NCBI GenBank assembly: GCA_018064605.1
Contig: JAGHUX010000023.1
Coordinates: 149-64,148, forward strand
DNA length: 64,000 nt
Direction of reading: 5' to 3'
Source: Candidatus Limimorpha caballi
Lineage (GTDB): Bacteria; Bacteroidota; Bacteroidia; Bacteroidales; F082
Below the pieces are notes generated by a model, which did no database searches, was not told the origin of the DNA, and worked only from the letters and a program-made list of their open reading frames with translations. Each line of letters opens with the position of its first letter. The first letter of the stretch is position 1. A program made the position numbers and the translations under genes. Positions 63,547 to 64,000 of the stretch are shown here, one piece after another.

Positions 63547-64000
63547 TTACGACTTGACAAAGTGAGTTTTGTCAGGCTTAAGAAAAAAACTATGACACTT
63601 AGGAAATAGAGCAGGTCGCGGGTATCGATGACGCCGCGGCTCATGGAGCTGTAGTGTGCCGACATGCCGAGTTGTTGTATGAAAAGGTCAACACTACCGA
63701 ACAGGGCGAGTGAGTAGATGAATTCAAAGCCAATATAAAGGAATCCGCAGAGAAAAACTGCCAGGATAAACGAAAGTATTTGATTATTAGTGATTGAGCT
63801 ACAGAAAACGCCTATTGAGACGAATGCAGCGCTCAGGAAGAAGAGTCCGATATACGATCCCCAGATACCGCCGTGGTCAACGTTGCCGGCGGGCATTGCG
63901 AGGTTGGAGACTGAGACATAGTAGATAAATGTCGGGATGAGTGCGAGTATCACGAGTGCGACACCGGCGAGATATTTTGCACCGACGATCTGCCAATCCG
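63540..64000 (-). CDS. gldF: Gliding-motility-associated ABC-2 permease GldF (partial; continues past the window edge)
   Basis: The reading frame stays open to position 64000. ABC-2-type TM segments are present, with the conserved end GVIDTRDLLYFLS. Confidence 0.75.
   Translation of the reverse strand, partial: DWQIVGAKYLAGVALVILALIPTFIYYVSVSNLAMPAGNVDHGGIWGSYIGLFFLSAAFVSIGVFCSSITNNQILSFILAVFLCGFLYIGFEFIYSLALFGSVDLFIQQLGMSAHYSSMSRGVIDTRDLLYFLSVIVFFLSLTKLTLSSRKW

Overview
This window looks like a chromosomal segment of a Bacteroidota (Bacteroidales-like) genome. Supporting signs are repeated TAnnTTTG -7 promoter boxes, the gliding/T9SS genes gldF, gldG and gldH, a C25 protease with a T9SS C-terminal sorting domain, and fkp. 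All calls come from reading the ORF translations and the DNA by eye; no homology search was run.

Layout:
- 80-17133: one co-directional (minus-strand) Wzx/Wzy-type surface-glycan locus. It encodes a WaaL/Wzy_C-like protein, a Wzi/RemB-like outer-membrane protein, a Wzx flippase, five glycosyltransferases, an acetyltransferase, an EpsG-type polymerase fused to a large beta-helix domain, a WbaP-like initiating transferase and Fkp.
- 17.2-31.9 kb: a minus-strand housekeeping run with a PlsC-like acyltransferase, tRNA-Glu(CUC), a GT9 transferase, a tandem-duplicated 5'-nucleotidase lipoprotein, Dus, Lnt, HolB, the C25 protease, LysS and FolB.
- 32-50.6 kb: RNase H1 plus a coupled zinc-ribbon hypothetical, TcdA, TatD, a phosphoesterase, GpmA, a PSP1 protein, GldH, PBP1A, Obg, a PAP2 phosphatase, an HsdR_N-domain protein, a TlpA-like protein, MreDCB, PurH, RecJ and an EamA transporter.
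- 50.7-56.2 kb: a metal and oxidative-stress neighbourhood with a His-rich COG0523 GTPase, a NodB deacetylase, a rubredoxin (missing from the ORF track), a flavodiiron protein, MgsA, CrcB and SodB.
- 56-64 kb: an EamA transporter, a PepSY-like protein, a 2-hydroxyacid dehydrogenase, a short SSB, a PPTase, YhcH, a DUF4340 protein, GldG and GldF (partial).

I recognised no transposase, integrase, phage gene, CRISPR array, toxin-antitoxin pair or defence gene, and I cannot point to a convincing novel multi-gene system.

The least-explained signals are:
- a family of short-period (8-10 nt) GGTG/GGAG-type purine-motif arrays directly flanking the stop codons of three unrelated genes; one copy has two opposed arms
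- the EpsG polymerase fused to a roughly 600-aa beta-helix plus DUF1566-like ectodomain
- the RNase H1 / zinc-ribbon pair
- a 390-bp AT-rich non-coding region dense in ACAAT/ATTGT inverted repeats
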